Source: Naegleria gruberi (Eukaryota). Taken from it: a DNA stretch of 64,000 nucleotides. Positions 11,408-22,273 of this stretch are shown in pieces (position 1 is the first letter of the stretch; every line of letters begins with the position of its first letter). The position numbers were made by a program, and so were the translations under genes. The notes under the pieces are model-generated. The model saw only the letters and a list, made by a program, of their open reading frames with translations, had not been told where the DNA came from and ran no database searches. The stretch is from NCBI GenBank assembly GCA_000004985.1, contig GG738855.1; one strand, given 5' to 3'.

Positions 11408-13141
11408 TTATTTCATGTCTTTTTCAACTTGATCGAGAATTGCTTGTTCTTCCTTTTCTTGTTGTTTCTTCTTTAATTCAATTTCTTCGTCTTCGTATTG
11501 TTTCTTCATCTTTAAAAGTTCAATCTTCTTTTCGAGACGAGCAATTGATTCATTAATGTATTGGAGAACTTCATGATGTTGTTCAACTTGTTGCATTTCT
11601 TTCAGTTTCTCTAACATTAAGAATTCTACGCATCCCTTAACACATGCAATTCTTACAATTGGAAGAGGATGGTTTTTGAATTTTTCAAAAATTTCAGATG
11701 GCCACTTGTCATACTGCAATACAGACAAGTGAGCAATTGGAATTGAAGGATTGAATAAACTATTCAAATCTTCTTGATCCAAAGCACCTGACTTGATTAA
11801 TTCTTCGTCTTCCTTAACAATTCTCATCAATTCAGCAGCAATAGATTCAGCATTGGTATTCTTTTGTCCGAACAGAGCAAGGCAAACATCAATTGGCATA
11901 TCTGATGGGAAGTGGCAATCAAATACTTTGTTCATTCTGTCTGTGCATGGTTTGGAAAGTCTTTGATTGGTTGGATAGTGAATTCTGGCAAAGATTGGAA
12001 TTAGTCTATCGGCAGAATTGCTACCAAAATCAACGTGTAAATCATAACGAGCTTCAATAATAATCAAGGATCTGGAAAAGACTGTGTGGAACATGCTTCT
12101 TTGGATACTCTCACTGGCTAAAAATCTATTGCCACTACCTAAAACAATAGGAGTATTGAAAACAAATGGACTATTCATAAATGTTTGTTCCAAGTCTTCA
12201 AGGGCAGATACATTACCCAAAAAGAGAGAAACAGTATTTGGGTATTCCTGTAAAACTCTTTCCTTAAATTCCAACTTGTTTGGATCCAAAGTCTTATTGA
12301 TATAGTCCAAGAATTTGGCATGTAAATCATTATATTCCTTTTCAGTTGTCTTGGCTGTTGGATCCATTTCTTTCAATTTCTCCACATTAAAACCAATTTT
12401 AGCAAGTAAATCTTCTTGATAATCCAAATGTCTAGAAACATTACTACTTTCAATTTCCATAATTTCTTCAAAGAGTCTATTCAAAGAGTCAATGGAAGGT
12501 TTCAATGGGATCCAAAACATTGGAGGAACAAATGGTGCTATTTGATAGAGAATTTTTGGTTGACTTTCCTTACCAGACTTGTCTGGAACTTCAATATACA
12601 ACAAACTTGGAGATGATGGAGTATAGTGGACAGGCAAATCTCTGTACAATGGGAAGTAGTAAGCTTCACCAACACAAATATAATCCTTTGACTTTCCTCT
12701 TGGAACATAGCAAAGTTTACTCAAATCAGCATCGGAAATCATATCTGGACGAAGGTGGAACATTGTCTTGTCGGCAGAGACAGCTTGTCCTTTCAATCCT
12801 TCAACAACATCAGGGAATGTTTTAATGAATGGTTTATCATAAAATTTGACATCGAAATTTCCCAACTTTTTCTCGACTTGGTCGTGTGGAAAGGCTGTTT
12901 TAAACCATTCTGGTATCAAATCAGAAACATTTGTAATTTTACCTTCCTCCGATTTTACTATTCTACTAGTGGTAAAATTTCTAGAAGAACAATATTCAAT
13001 GTTACTATTATTACTACTATTAAATTTTGAATTAATTATAGATGATAGGGGTGTTGGAGTTTTATTTCCGAAGAGATTAGTGCTTGCTCTCAAATTTCTT
13101 CTACCATTATTGATGAGGAGACGAGAGGTGTTTTTAATCAT
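11408..13141 (-). CDS. Hypothetical ~577-aa protein with a predicted mitochondrial presequence (MIKNTSRLLINNGRRNLRAS...). Family unassigned.
   Basis: Long ORF. The start is assigned to the internal ATG at 13141 (A-run upstream), because the ORF-track start at 13300 would overlap the 3' end of the upstream gene. C-terminal coiled coil. Confidence 0.5.
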   Translation of the reverse strand: MIKNTSRLLINNGRRNLRASTNLFGNKTPTPLSSIINSKFNSSNNSNIEYCSSRNFTTSRIVKSEEGKITNVSDLIPEWFKTAFPHDQVEKKLGNFDVKFYDKPFIKTFPDVVEGLKGQAVSADKTMFHLRPDMISDADLSKLCYVPRGKSKDYICVGEAYYFPLYRDLPVHYTPSSPSLLYIEVPDKSGKESQPKILYQIAPFVPPMFWIPLKPSIDSLNRLFEEIMEIESSNVSRHLDYQEDLLAKIGFNVEKLKEMDPTAKTTEKEYNDLHAKFLDYINKTLDPNKLEFKERVLQEYPNTVSLFLGNVSALEDLEQTFMNSPFVFNTPIVLGSGNRFLASESIQRSMFHTVFSRSLIIIEARYDLHVDFGSNSADRLIPIFARIHYPTNQRLSKPCTDRMNKVFDCHFPSDMPIDVCLALFGQKNTNAESIAAELMRIVKEDEELIKSGALDQEDLNSLFNPSIPIAHLSVLQYDKWPSEIFEKFKNHPLPIVRIACVKGCVEFLMLEKLKEMQQVEQHHEVLQYINESIARLEKKIELLKMKKQYEDEEIELKKKQQEKEEQAILDQVEKDMK

Positions 13142-13217
13142 TTTTTTTAATTGATTGAAAATTATTAATATCCAGCACAAAATGCAAGGTAATATATTAA
13201 GGCATATGTAAAGTTTA

Positions 13218-14525
13218 TTAGAAACCTCTAAAGGTAGTCTTGTCAAGCACTTGATGTAAAGTTCCGCGACCATTGTTGGTTTCAATTTTGTTTCCACCAT
13301 CTAAAACTAAATTGGCTGTTTGGTTGAATAAATTGTAAATGACAGAATCCAATTCTTTTCCTGTTTGTTTAAAATCAGGACCAGCATTGACTTCCAATAA
13401 ATAAACTTGAAGATCTTCATCAACAAGGAAATCCAAACCAAACAATTCAAAACAATGTGGAAGTGGCATAAATGCCAATTCTCCTGAAACAGCATCAAAC
13501 ATTTCACCTGTTACATCCTTGACTTGTTGGAAAATATGTTCCAATTGAGATGTTGAGATTGTTGAATCTTCATTTGCAAGATTCCAGAATAATTTAACAG
13601 ATTCACTTTCTTTGAAATCAGATTCTTTCACTTGAACACATGTATTGGTAATATGTGAGAAGGTATCTGAAATATTTTCCTTTTTGAATGGTCTCAAAGC
13701 AAAAAGAGCCAAAATTTGATCGTACACATAAACCTTAAGAGCACCAACAGCCAAGACATAAACTCTCATGTGGAATTTTCTTCCACCACAGAGCAAAAGT
13801 GGTCTATCAACATATTTCTGAATGACCCACTCTCTCAATTGTCTAAGATCGAGAACGTTGCTTTCTTCATCTTCATCATCATTATCTTCTTGTTGTTCAA
13901 AGTTAGTTGTGAAGTAGTTTTGCAATTGTTCAAGAGAATTGAAAATGAAAATTTCAGCACCCTTGTTGGTGAGAGATGGTTTTAAAATCCATGTAGCAAT
14001 TCCATTTCTATCACCTTCTTGTTCAATTTTTTCATTATTTTCCAATGATTGAACTACTTCATAAATATCATACAAGCTCTCGTCAAAATATTCGACATCA
14101 TCCAATTCATAAATATGTGTCTCTGGGATGGCCTTCTTGAGGTGGGTTTTTTCATTCTTACTCAACTTTTTGGTGACATATCTATTCAAAATACTACCAA
14201 ATTGAGCTTTTCTAATAAGACCTTTTCTAATACAATAATAATTGCAACGGAGTGGATTTTCTATTTGAGACATGACAGTATCCCAAGGAACGTTTTCATA
14301 TTCATCCCATTGAATTTCAATATTCTTTTCCTTGATGAATTTAGCAACACTTTCTTCATAATTAAATTCCTCTTCTGGGTTTGTACTTTTATGATAATTG
14401 ACAACATCGTCACGTGTATAGATATTGTAGAGATTGTGATAAGTACTTTCCGGATCTCTCAAAACACGTAACAATAAATCCCGAGAATAGGCACAGTCAA
14501 GATTAACAAGAAGATTTTTAACCAT
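13218..14525 (-). CDS. Tubulin-tyrosine ligase (TTL/TTLL-family) protein.
   Basis: TTL-domain motifs RKFHMRVYVL and FELFGLDFLVDEDLQVYLLEVNAGPDF, collinear with TTL. Start at the A-rich ATG at 14525 (alternative ATG at 14537). Confidence 0.75.
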   Translation of the reverse strand: MVKNLLVNLDCAYSRDLLLRVLRDPESTYHNLYNIYTRDDVVNYHKSTNPEEEFNYEESVAKFIKEKNIEIQWDEYENVPWDTVMSQIENPLRCNYYCIRKGLIRKAQFGSILNRYVTKKLSKNEKTHLKKAIPETHIYELDDVEYFDESLYDIYEVVQSLENNEKIEQEGDRNGIATWILKPSLTNKGAEIFIFNSLEQLQNYFTTNFEQQEDNDDEDEESNVLDLRQLREWVIQKYVDRPLLLCGGRKFHMRVYVLAVGALKVYVYDQILALFALRPFKKENISDTFSHITNTCVQVKESDFKESESVKLFWNLANEDSTISTSQLEHIFQQVKDVTGEMFDAVSGELAFMPLPHCFELFGLDFLVDEDLQVYLLEVNAGPDFKQTGKELDSVIYNLFNQTANLVLDGGNKIETNNGRGTLHQVLDKTTFRGF

Positions 14526-14646
14526 TTTTTTGTTCAAATTTTTAATGAATTTAAAATTAATTAGATTTTGTTTTTAACACAATCATGAGTTGTCAGGGGG
14601 AAACACAAATCAAAGAGTGGTGAAGTTAATTGGGTGGGTGAGAATT

Positions 14647-15555
14647 CTACTTGTTATGTTCACAATCTGCGCAAGGTTCATTGGCAAAATGTCTGTGTTC
14701 TTTCAAATCTAAGAGATGAAGTTTGTTATCTACAAGTTGAAGAGTTCGTTCAATATAGTTCAATTCTGCAATATTGATACGAACATTATCCAAATCATCC
14801 TTTTTGAATGCTTCATCAATTGATTTTACAATGAGCCTCTTTTTTTCATTGAAATCCATATGATAATCTGTCAATTGATCTCTATCTGAATCAATTTCAT
14901 TAATATATTCATTCACTTCCATAATTTCCATTAAAAATTCAGGAGGTAATTGAACATCATTGACTGATTTGTAATTACAAGGTCCCAGTAAATCAATTTC
15001 TTTAACTTTCAATAAATATTCTGCCCTAGATTTAGTATTTTTAAGAGTTTGATAGGCTGTGTTAACAATAGCCGATTGCATTATTGAAATTTTCTTTTCC
15101 ACTTCTGATTTCATTGCAAATTTATCAGGGTGCAATACTCGTTGTAATTCCTTGAATTTTTCATGTAATACTTTAGGGTTGATTGAAAATTCCTTTGGCA
15201 TATCCATCAATGTAAAATAATCTATGGAGATGTCCTCGCCAGATGTTGATATTACCTTTGAGTTGTTATTACATGATGGTGGTTGTATTTTGTTACAGTG
15301 AGCACAAAACAAGTCATTACAAGACAATTCTTCGGAGCAATTCCAACATGGATGATGAAGGCTATTTGATGATAATGGTTGGGTTGATCTTGGGCATTCC
15401 TTGTCTGGAATTTTGGAACAGGTTGACATTCTTCTCAATAAACTATTATTTGAAGATGATGGGCTCAAATTTTGGAAGAGACATACGCCACTCTTGTTGA
15501 GTGTGGACAATGTACTTGTTGTTCTGTTGAGAATGATTCTTGGCAATCGGTGCAT
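14647..15555 (-). CDS. HSCB: Fe-S cluster co-chaperone HscB/Jac1 (J-type), mitochondrial.
   Basis: N-terminal tetracysteine CWNC...CAHC zinc module. J-domain with HPD (LQRVLHPDKF). C-terminal helical HscB domain. Confidence 0.8.
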   Translation of the reverse strand: MHRLPRIILNRTTSTLSTLNKSGVCLFQNLSPSSSNNSLLRRMSTCSKIPDKECPRSTQPLSSNSLHHPCWNCSEELSCNDLFCAHCNKIQPPSCNNNSKVISTSGEDISIDYFTLMDMPKEFSINPKVLHEKFKELQRVLHPDKFAMKSEVEKKISIMQSAIVNTAYQTLKNTKSRAEYLLKVKEIDLLGPCNYKSVNDVQLPPEFLMEIMEVNEYINEIDSDRDQLTDYHMDFNEKKRLIVKSIDEAFKKDDLDNVRINIAELNYIERTLQLVDNKLHLLDLKEHRHFANEPCADCEHNK

Positions 15556-15666
15556 TTTTTTAATATTAAATTATTATTATCATTTGTCTGTTATGAGCGC
15601 ACTTAAGGGATTCAGTGTTGCGTTGTGCATTGCGAATTGAATTATTTATTTGAATTTCCAACTAAC

Positions 15667-18600
15667 TCAATGTTGTTGTAATTTGGTACAAATCTTAAGG
15701 GCATGATGCTCCAAAATTGTGCTTACTTGTGTGAGTGAAACATTTTGATCTTCTCTAAAAACTTTGATTTGAATCAAGAGTGGAACAATAAATTGGAATA
15801 GTAATCTTTCGAGAGTCTTTTTGGATAATTCATATTTGGAATTATTTTGTTTGACCTTATCGTTATTATTTGAGGCTACTGTAAAGTTGGCCAAAACAGA
15901 GTACAATCTAGACATTAAACTGTGTTCTGTACTATAATCAAAGTGTCTATTCTTGAATGAGGAGGCAAGTCCATGGATTAATAAATTCATGTTCAAATAT
16001 TCAGAATCAATTTCTATTGGATTGTTGGAGAAGAACAAATCATGTGAATGATGAATGGCATAAATATCTGTAGCTCCAAGAATGAGTGAGTTACTTGAGA
16101 GGAATAATAGGGCTCTTCTCAAATTTTCCAAAGCGAATGGAATCTTGTTAGTTGAGGATCCAAAGTAAACTGATTCTAAATCGTTAAATACAAATGAAAG
16201 CATATCAATAGTATCTTGAATGAATTTGCACTTATTTGAAGAAGAAATAGCATCTCCCTTTGAAAGAATTTCTGATATAATCCAAGTTAAAATAGATGAA
16301 AGGATATTGTCAACATGTTGTTGAGAATCTTGATTAGTAAATCCCTTAACTGCAACTTGTCTTACAATCTTAAGAGTGGAAATATCATTAGTGATCTTGG
16401 TATATTGGCATCTAAGCAACAAATTGAGCAGCATTCTATTGGAATCCTCACTGAGAGTATTTTGAGTTAAAAGTTTGTGGCTTTCCAAACGATTTTCAAT
16501 AAAAACTCTTGAAAAAAGCTCCACCATATCTAAAACACGCTTTCCGGATTGTACTGAAATATTTACAGTGAATGGATCCAAGGAAGAACCTTCATTCTTA
16601 TTCAGAATATTGATTAGGCTTTCCTTATTCTCTGAAAGTAAAGAGGCCATTTGTGATTCGATAATTTCCAAAATTTCTTCCTCTACGTACTTCTTTACAT
16701 TTTGCATATTACTCTTGACTTCACATTTGGAAATCTTTCTGAGAGCAGTAAATAAAATTCTTTCATCTAGTTCTCTGGTGGTGAAAGTATGTTTCACCCA
16801 ATCATCAATGAGAGAACATGTTCTGGATGGAGGGAATATGGCAATCAATTGTGGGAATATTTCTGCAAACTCCATTTGGACTGTATGAGACAGAGAGAGG
16901 AAAGAATGGCTTTCACACAAACTGGATATGGCACTAATACTATTGGATGAGGAGGTTGTTCCTTGAGCATCCTTGCAGAACATTCTGATACAATTCTTTT
17001 GTACCTCGTGTGCAATATCTTCATTGCTTGATGTTGAAAGTCTGAAAACATTCTGAATTACTTTAGACCAAGTAATCTTTGGTAACTTTTCTGTCAATAG
17101 CAAATTATGAAGAGAAATATTTTCTCTCAACAAGTCAACTGTTGAATCTTCCTTTGTCAATTTTTGTACCAAATAAATGACGAGTCCACTTTCACTCAAA
17201 TATTTGACTGGAATTCTGTCTGAGCTTTCAAGAATATTGTCATCAGTTCTATAAATGCTACTGAACATGCCTACAAAGAAGGATGCATACTTTCTTACCT
17301 TGATAGAAAGTTTTGGCTCGGTACTTGAACTCTTGAAAATATCAATAGCTCTGCCAGCTAGCTTTTTAACAGAATTCTTTGGCATGAGCACCTTGTTAAA
17401 GAAGATGCTTCTTAACGTAGCAATTGAAAGAGGTCTCTTCTCAGAAGAATTCAAACCAAAAACATCACTATCATCAACCTTTGATTTGGTAATTGGAGTA
17501 TAGAGGTCAGCACCCAACAAACAAGCAATAAATAATAAGGTTCCGATTTGGTATTGAGAAAGATCACTCTCGGCATACTCATCTTCGTATTGTTGAATCA
17601 AGTTGGCAAACTTCTCTAGATATAATCTACGGAATTGTTTACCGTGTTCTGTTTCCTCCTCTCCCTTTCTAATAGTTTCACATAAAGCTCCAAATAAAAG
17701 TGTACCATATCCAATACTGGTATACATGTACAATTTCAAATAGACAGCCAAACTCTTTCCTTGTAGTTTGTTGAAAAGTTCTTCATACATTTGAAGATAC
17801 TCAATCACTTCTTCAGCACCAAAAGATCCATCATGATAGAATGAGAGAACAAGTTGACCAATAATCATACAACTTGGAACACAAAGATCCAAGATTGCAG
17901 AATCGACACTTTTTGGATCCTTAGTAAAGTCATCAATAATGGATTTTTCCTTCTTCAATTCTTGTAAAATTAGTTTGGCTTTTTCTTCCTCACCAACTCT
18001 TACTAGTGTATCGGCTACCTGAACAATACCAAACAATAGATTAGATTTTTGTTTCCAATTCAAATTAGCTTTAGAAACATTCTTGAAAGCTGTTTTGTGA
18101 CTTGACAAATCCTCAGTAATCTCGAACAATTGTCTCTCAGTCTTGAAACACAAACTAAACAAGTTGTTAGCAATATGTCTTAACAAGTAGAGACCCTTTT
18201 CATAATTATCTGTCTTAGAAAGACATAAATTTCTTGCAATAACACCCAAAGAAATTGCGGAAGATGCAGAAGAAACATCATGAGTTGAATTTTCATTAAT
18301 CATTGAGTGAAGTTGAGCAATGAGAAGGGAAGACAAATCAAATAATTGAGAGAAAATATGAAGTTCAAAAGATGCACTTGCAAGTACCATATTACAAGCA
18401 TATTTGACATCTTCTTGAGCCTCTAATGAAGAACTCAATTTCTTCTTGACAATTTCAATTATCTTGAGAACATGATGATGTGCGTTAATTGGCAATGCAA
18501 GACACAAACCAGCCATTGCCAGAATGTAATTTCCTGTTGTGGAAGGAACGGAACTTTGTTCAATACTAGTCTTGATTGTGGAAAATGTTGTCTCAAAAGC

Positions 18601-21600
18601 AGTATCAAAGTGGGTTTGTGATTCCTTTTCTCTTGAAGTTTCTACAGCTATATTGTAGTAATCTCTTGCGAGAGAGTAAAATCCTTGAGTGAGGATGAGT
18701 TGAGAGAAGAAGTCTTCTGGACTACTTCCAACAACAATATCCATTGCTAAATCATTCAAGAGACGTTTGAATGCCTCTGTCTCTGGTATTGGTGTCTTCA
18801 CCTTGGCCAAATTACCTTGCCATAAAACAGCACTAGCAGTTACTTGCATATTCTTCTTACTTTCGAACTGTTTTACAGCAAAATCAGCAAGTGAGTCAAA
18901 CTTATCGAATGATGTTAATCCAATAGATTGCGAGCTAGCCTTCTTATCCTTTGAAACAATAGAAGTATTCTTTGGTTTTCTCAGTTCAGCCTTCAAAATA
19001 TATTGAATGATTGGTGTGGCTGAAGTGAGCACACGTAAAGAGGTTTCCTTTTGAAGTCTCTTAATCAAAGCTTCACACAAAAGTAATAACCATCCTCTTC
19101 TTATTTCTTGTTTAGCAAAAATATTCTCCTCTCTCTGATCTAGAACTTCTGATCCAACTGGTTGTGGTTCTTGTTCATCGTCACTTTCTTCCTCCTTGAA
19201 AGCATAGAGCAAGGTATGAAGTGGATACATGCCAAGTGTTTCAAAGGCAGCACATCTTACACTTTCATCAGAATCCATTGTATGTATCCACAAAATATCC
19301 ATAATTTCCTTAACCTCATTCTTGTAGATTGATTCAAAGTCGACAAATAAATTGTATTCATCCTCTTCCTTTGCCTTCTTTTGATGATCTGTTAAACTTT
19401 CATACGAAATTGGTTCAACAGTGCATTGGAAAAGTAAGCACATTTCTCTGAGAACATCAGCACTTTGTTTGGAATTATTGACAATGTTTTGTCTGATTAC
19501 CTTGTACCAAACTGTATAAAAATCAACCACTCTATTCCTAGTAAGAATAGCCATTGACTTTAAGGCATAACAGAGCACTTGAGAGTTATTTTCCTGACAT
19601 AAAATTCTAGTTACAAGAGGTAATAACTCTGCTCCCTTCTCAATTTTTCTACTGCAAATTTCATAAACTGAGCATGATATTGCAAGTCTCGTCTCCAAAT
19701 CAAAGTTATTCAAATGATCATAATTATCAACTTGTACAATTTGGGTATTCGAATCACTTTGTATGTATTTGGAAAATGAGAATAAGAATCCCTTAAGCTT
19801 GGTAAAGAACTTTTCGTTTTGTTTCCAAAGCTCTGTGAATAATCTCAAAACTGTTGGAAGTAAATCCTTATTAAATGTCATGTTGGTTAATAGTTTCACA
19901 ATTGGAGTAACGTTAATATCATTCTTGGTACCCAACTTTGGAAGTAGTTGCATCATTGAAGTTTTGAATGAAGGATTTTCCTCCTTTGGTAATTCATAGA
20001 AAATCAGTGGTTGTAAGAGTAATCCTCCCTTCAAGGAAAGAATGTCTGATGTGATTGATTCAATGGCACTTAATATTACTGTACGGAGAGAATCACTGGG
20101 AGTGAATTGATTTCTAGATAGTATCAATACCATTCCAATAGAGCAGCACAACCCTGTTGCAGAGTATATCGTTTTAGAGTCTTTGGAGAGTAGTGAGGGA
20201 AGTGAAGAGCTCCATTGTGCACAATATTCAGCCCGTACATTTACCCTATCACCAGATGATGAAAGCATTTTACCAACCAGTCTATAATGGCAAGAGAGTA
20301 AAGAAAGGTCATATCTTTGGAAAATTGGGAGAATGTCAAATAATTTACCGAATGTGGCATCTTGTTGTGATGTTACTTCTTCCACTTCTTCTTCTTCTTC
20401 CATTTCTTGTTCATTTGTAAACTTGTCAGCCAAATATTGCTCGATTTTTTGAATGCATACAGATGCAAGAGTTTTGTTTTCACTCGACAATCCACTTGTT
20501 ACAACGTGCAATAATACTGTAAGGGAGTATAGCAAGTTGGAACAAACTACAACTAGATGAGAACATTTAGAAAATGCACTTTCTCTATGTTGAGAATTTA
20601 AAGAGTCGAAAAATTCTTCGAAACTTTCCTCATTCTCAACAAGTAAGAATACGAGTTGTTTGAGAACCTTGAGCCATGAATCTGACTCTAGTTCTGTCTC
20701 TGAAGATAAAATTGAATTACAAATAATAGGAATAAACTCAACAAAATGCTCCAAACTATTCTTACAAATATCAAATAAATAATTAAAATACATTTCAATA
20801 TCAATTTGATAATGGGTAATCTCCTTATAAATTGACATTATATATCTGTAAACCATAGATCTAATAAGAGATATTTGCTCAAACTCATTACCAATATGTG
20901 ACAAGTAATCTTCACAAAATTCTGCTTCTTCCTCTTCTATAGTAGCAAAAATTTCTTCAAATTGCAAAACCAAATCCAAAATAATTTTCAAAGGAGCAAA
21001 GCAAGATGCTACCACATCAGAATTCAAATCAACTTCAAAGGAAGGTAAAAAGTGAACAAGATATAAAACTATTGAATAACCTTGTTTGATGAGATTGGCT
21101 CTTAATTTCTTGTCACTGTCTGAATCGGATGCTTGAAGTGAGTATGATTTTTCTATCTTATAAAGAATTATTGCTTTCAACTCGTTCAATAACTTCATTT
21201 TGAGATGGGTGGCATTCATAATATCATTTCTCAATAGGGTACCCCTCATTTGATTGATTGGTGTGCTGTCCTCGTCATTCTCTGCAAAGAGATCGTCTTG
21301 TGATGATACAATATTACTTGATAAATTAGTTGGTAAATCTTGTTGTCCTTCTTCGTGGATTAATTTTCTGTTAGTGAAGAAGTGAGCAAAAAGTGGAGAG
21401 AAAAATCTGAATAATTTAGAAAATTGATGAGAATCTGATCTTGTCAAACTAGTGAATACTTGGTTCAATATTTCAACAAGACATTCGTTTCTATTTTGAA
21501 CGAGCATTACTAGAGGAGAACCTGCTGATGATGAGGTTAAAAGTGAACATAATTTTGATGGCTCCTTTGATTGTTTGTGATTAACAACACCATCATTAAA

Positions 21601-21993
21601 TTTTCCTAGATAAATATTTAAAATTGAACGTGTTAAATGTGGGATGAGTGCTGGATGAATTTGGATTGAAAATTTGATCAATTGATCCATTACGTTTTGA
21701 ACTGGTATATCTTTAATTTGTTGATGAGCTTTAATATCCAACTCGGTGAATATTTTAACAATGACATCCAAACATGTTGTTGCTATTGTTCTATTTGATT
21801 TCTTGTTCCGAATATTTGTGATGAGCAATTGAACAATATCATTAGCCATAGAAGCAGGAGTGTTTGGATTTTTAATTTCCACATAAAGACCATTGATTGC
21901 TTGTCTTTGAACGATAGATTCACCAGAGGCAAGTTTATCTTTGAGAGCGTTTGCAATTGCCAAGCTTTGCTTGTTTGATGATTGGCTTTGCAT
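15667..21993 (-). CDS. Giant (2108 aa) alpha-helical/ARM-HEAT-like repeat protein of unassigned family.
   Basis: Uninterrupted 6.3 kb ORF with helical-repeat character throughout and no catalytic motifs recognised. ATG at 21993 preceded by an A-run. Confidence 0.6.
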   Translation of the reverse strand: MQSQSSNKQSLAIANALKDKLASGESIVQRQAINGLYVEIKNPNTPASMANDIVQLLITNIRNKKSNRTIATTCLDVIVKIFTELDIKAHQQIKDIPVQNVMDQLIKFSIQIHPALIPHLTRSILNIYLGKFNDGVVNHKQSKEPSKLCSLLTSSSAGSPLVMLVQNRNECLVEILNQVFTSLTRSDSHQFSKLFRFFSPLFAHFFTNRKLIHEEGQQDLPTNLSSNIVSSQDDLFAENDEDSTPINQMRGTLLRNDIMNATHLKMKLLNELKAIILYKIEKSYSLQASDSDSDKKLRANLIKQGYSIVLYLVHFLPSFEVDLNSDVVASCFAPLKIILDLVLQFEEIFATIEEEEAEFCEDYLSHIGNEFEQISLIRSMVYRYIMSIYKEITHYQIDIEMYFNYLFDICKNSLEHFVEFIPIICNSILSSETELESDSWLKVLKQLVFLLVENEESFEEFFDSLNSQHRESAFSKCSHLVVVCSNLLYSLTVLLHVVTSGLSSENKTLASVCIQKIEQYLADKFTNEQEMEEEEEVEEVTSQQDATFGKLFDILPIFQRYDLSLLSCHYRLVGKMLSSSGDRVNVRAEYCAQWSSSLPSLLSKDSKTIYSATGLCCSIGMVLILSRNQFTPSDSLRTVILSAIESITSDILSLKGGLLLQPLIFYELPKEENPSFKTSMMQLLPKLGTKNDINVTPIVKLLTNMTFNKDLLPTVLRLFTELWKQNEKFFTKLKGFLFSFSKYIQSDSNTQIVQVDNYDHLNNFDLETRLAISCSVYEICSRKIEKGAELLPLVTRILCQENNSQVLCYALKSMAILTRNRVVDFYTVWYKVIRQNIVNNSKQSADVLREMCLLFQCTVEPISYESLTDHQKKAKEEDEYNLFVDFESIYKNEVKEIMDILWIHTMDSDESVRCAAFETLGMYPLHTLLYAFKEEESDDEQEPQPVGSEVLDQREENIFAKQEIRRGWLLLLCEALIKRLQKETSLRVLTSATPIIQYILKAELRKPKNTSIVSKDKKASSQSIGLTSFDKFDSLADFAVKQFESKKNMQVTASAVLWQGNLAKVKTPIPETEAFKRLLNDLAMDIVVGSSPEDFFSQLILTQGFYSLARDYYNIAVETSREKESQTHFDTAFETTFSTIKTSIEQSSVPSTTGNYILAMAGLCLALPINAHHHVLKIIEIVKKKLSSSLEAQEDVKYACNMVLASASFELHIFSQLFDLSSLLIAQLHSMINENSTHDVSSASSAISLGVIARNLCLSKTDNYEKGLYLLRHIANNLFSLCFKTERQLFEITEDLSSHKTAFKNVSKANLNWKQKSNLLFGIVQVADTLVRVGEEEKAKLILQELKKEKSIIDDFTKDPKSVDSAILDLCVPSCMIIGQLVLSFYHDGSFGAEEVIEYLQMYEELFNKLQGKSLAVYLKLYMYTSIGYGTLLFGALCETIRKGEEETEHGKQFRRLYLEKFANLIQQYEDEYAESDLSQYQIGTLLFIACLLGADLYTPITKSKVDDSDVFGLNSSEKRPLSIATLRSIFFNKVLMPKNSVKKLAGRAIDIFKSSSTEPKLSIKVRKYASFFVGMFSSIYRTDDNILESSDRIPVKYLSESGLVIYLVQKLTKEDSTVDLLRENISLHNLLLTEKLPKITWSKVIQNVFRLSTSSNEDIAHEVQKNCIRMFCKDAQGTTSSSNSISAISSLCESHSFLSLSHTVQMEFAEIFPQLIAIFPPSRTCSLIDDWVKHTFTTRELDERILFTALRKISKCEVKSNMQNVKKYVEEEILEIIESQMASLLSENKESLINILNKNEGSSLDPFTVNISVQSGKRVLDMVELFSRVFIENRLESHKLLTQNTLSEDSNRMLLNLLLRCQYTKITNDISTLKIVRQVAVKGFTNQDSQQHVDNILSSILTWIISEILSKGDAISSSNKCKFIQDTIDMLSFVFNDLESVYFGSSTNKIPFALENLRRALLFLSSNSLILGATDIYAIHHSHDLFFSNNPIEIDSEYLNMNLLIHGLASSFKNRHFDYSTEHSLMSRLYSVLANFTVASNNNDKVKQNNSKYELSKKTLERLLFQFIVPLLIQIKVFREDQNVSLTQVSTILEHHALKICTKLQQH

Positions 21994-22273
21994 TTTTTTT
22001 TCTCTTTGTTTAGTTTTTTATTGTCGCATCCCAGAGTATTATCAATGAACTAACTCTTCAGTCTTCTTGTTTATAGATTACTAGTATTAAGAAATATTTA
22101 ACCAAAGCGTATTTAATATTTTGTTATTATTTAATAAAATTAAAAACAATATTATTGTCCATATTTGCTGCTATCATCAAACTGAAAATAATATCAACTT
22201 TTTTGTTGTTGTACATTCCGTAATTTGAAAATTGAATAAGTTAGTTTCTTCTACTAGAGGGTTGTTGTTTGAT

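Noticed and set aside
11408-13300. ORF-track start at 13300 for the 630-aa protein, which would overlap the last 83 nt of the TTL gene CDS.
   Set aside because: An internal ATG at 13141 has an A-rich context and yields a mitochondrial-like presequence. Overlapping CDSs on the same strand are implausible here, so the downstream start was used.
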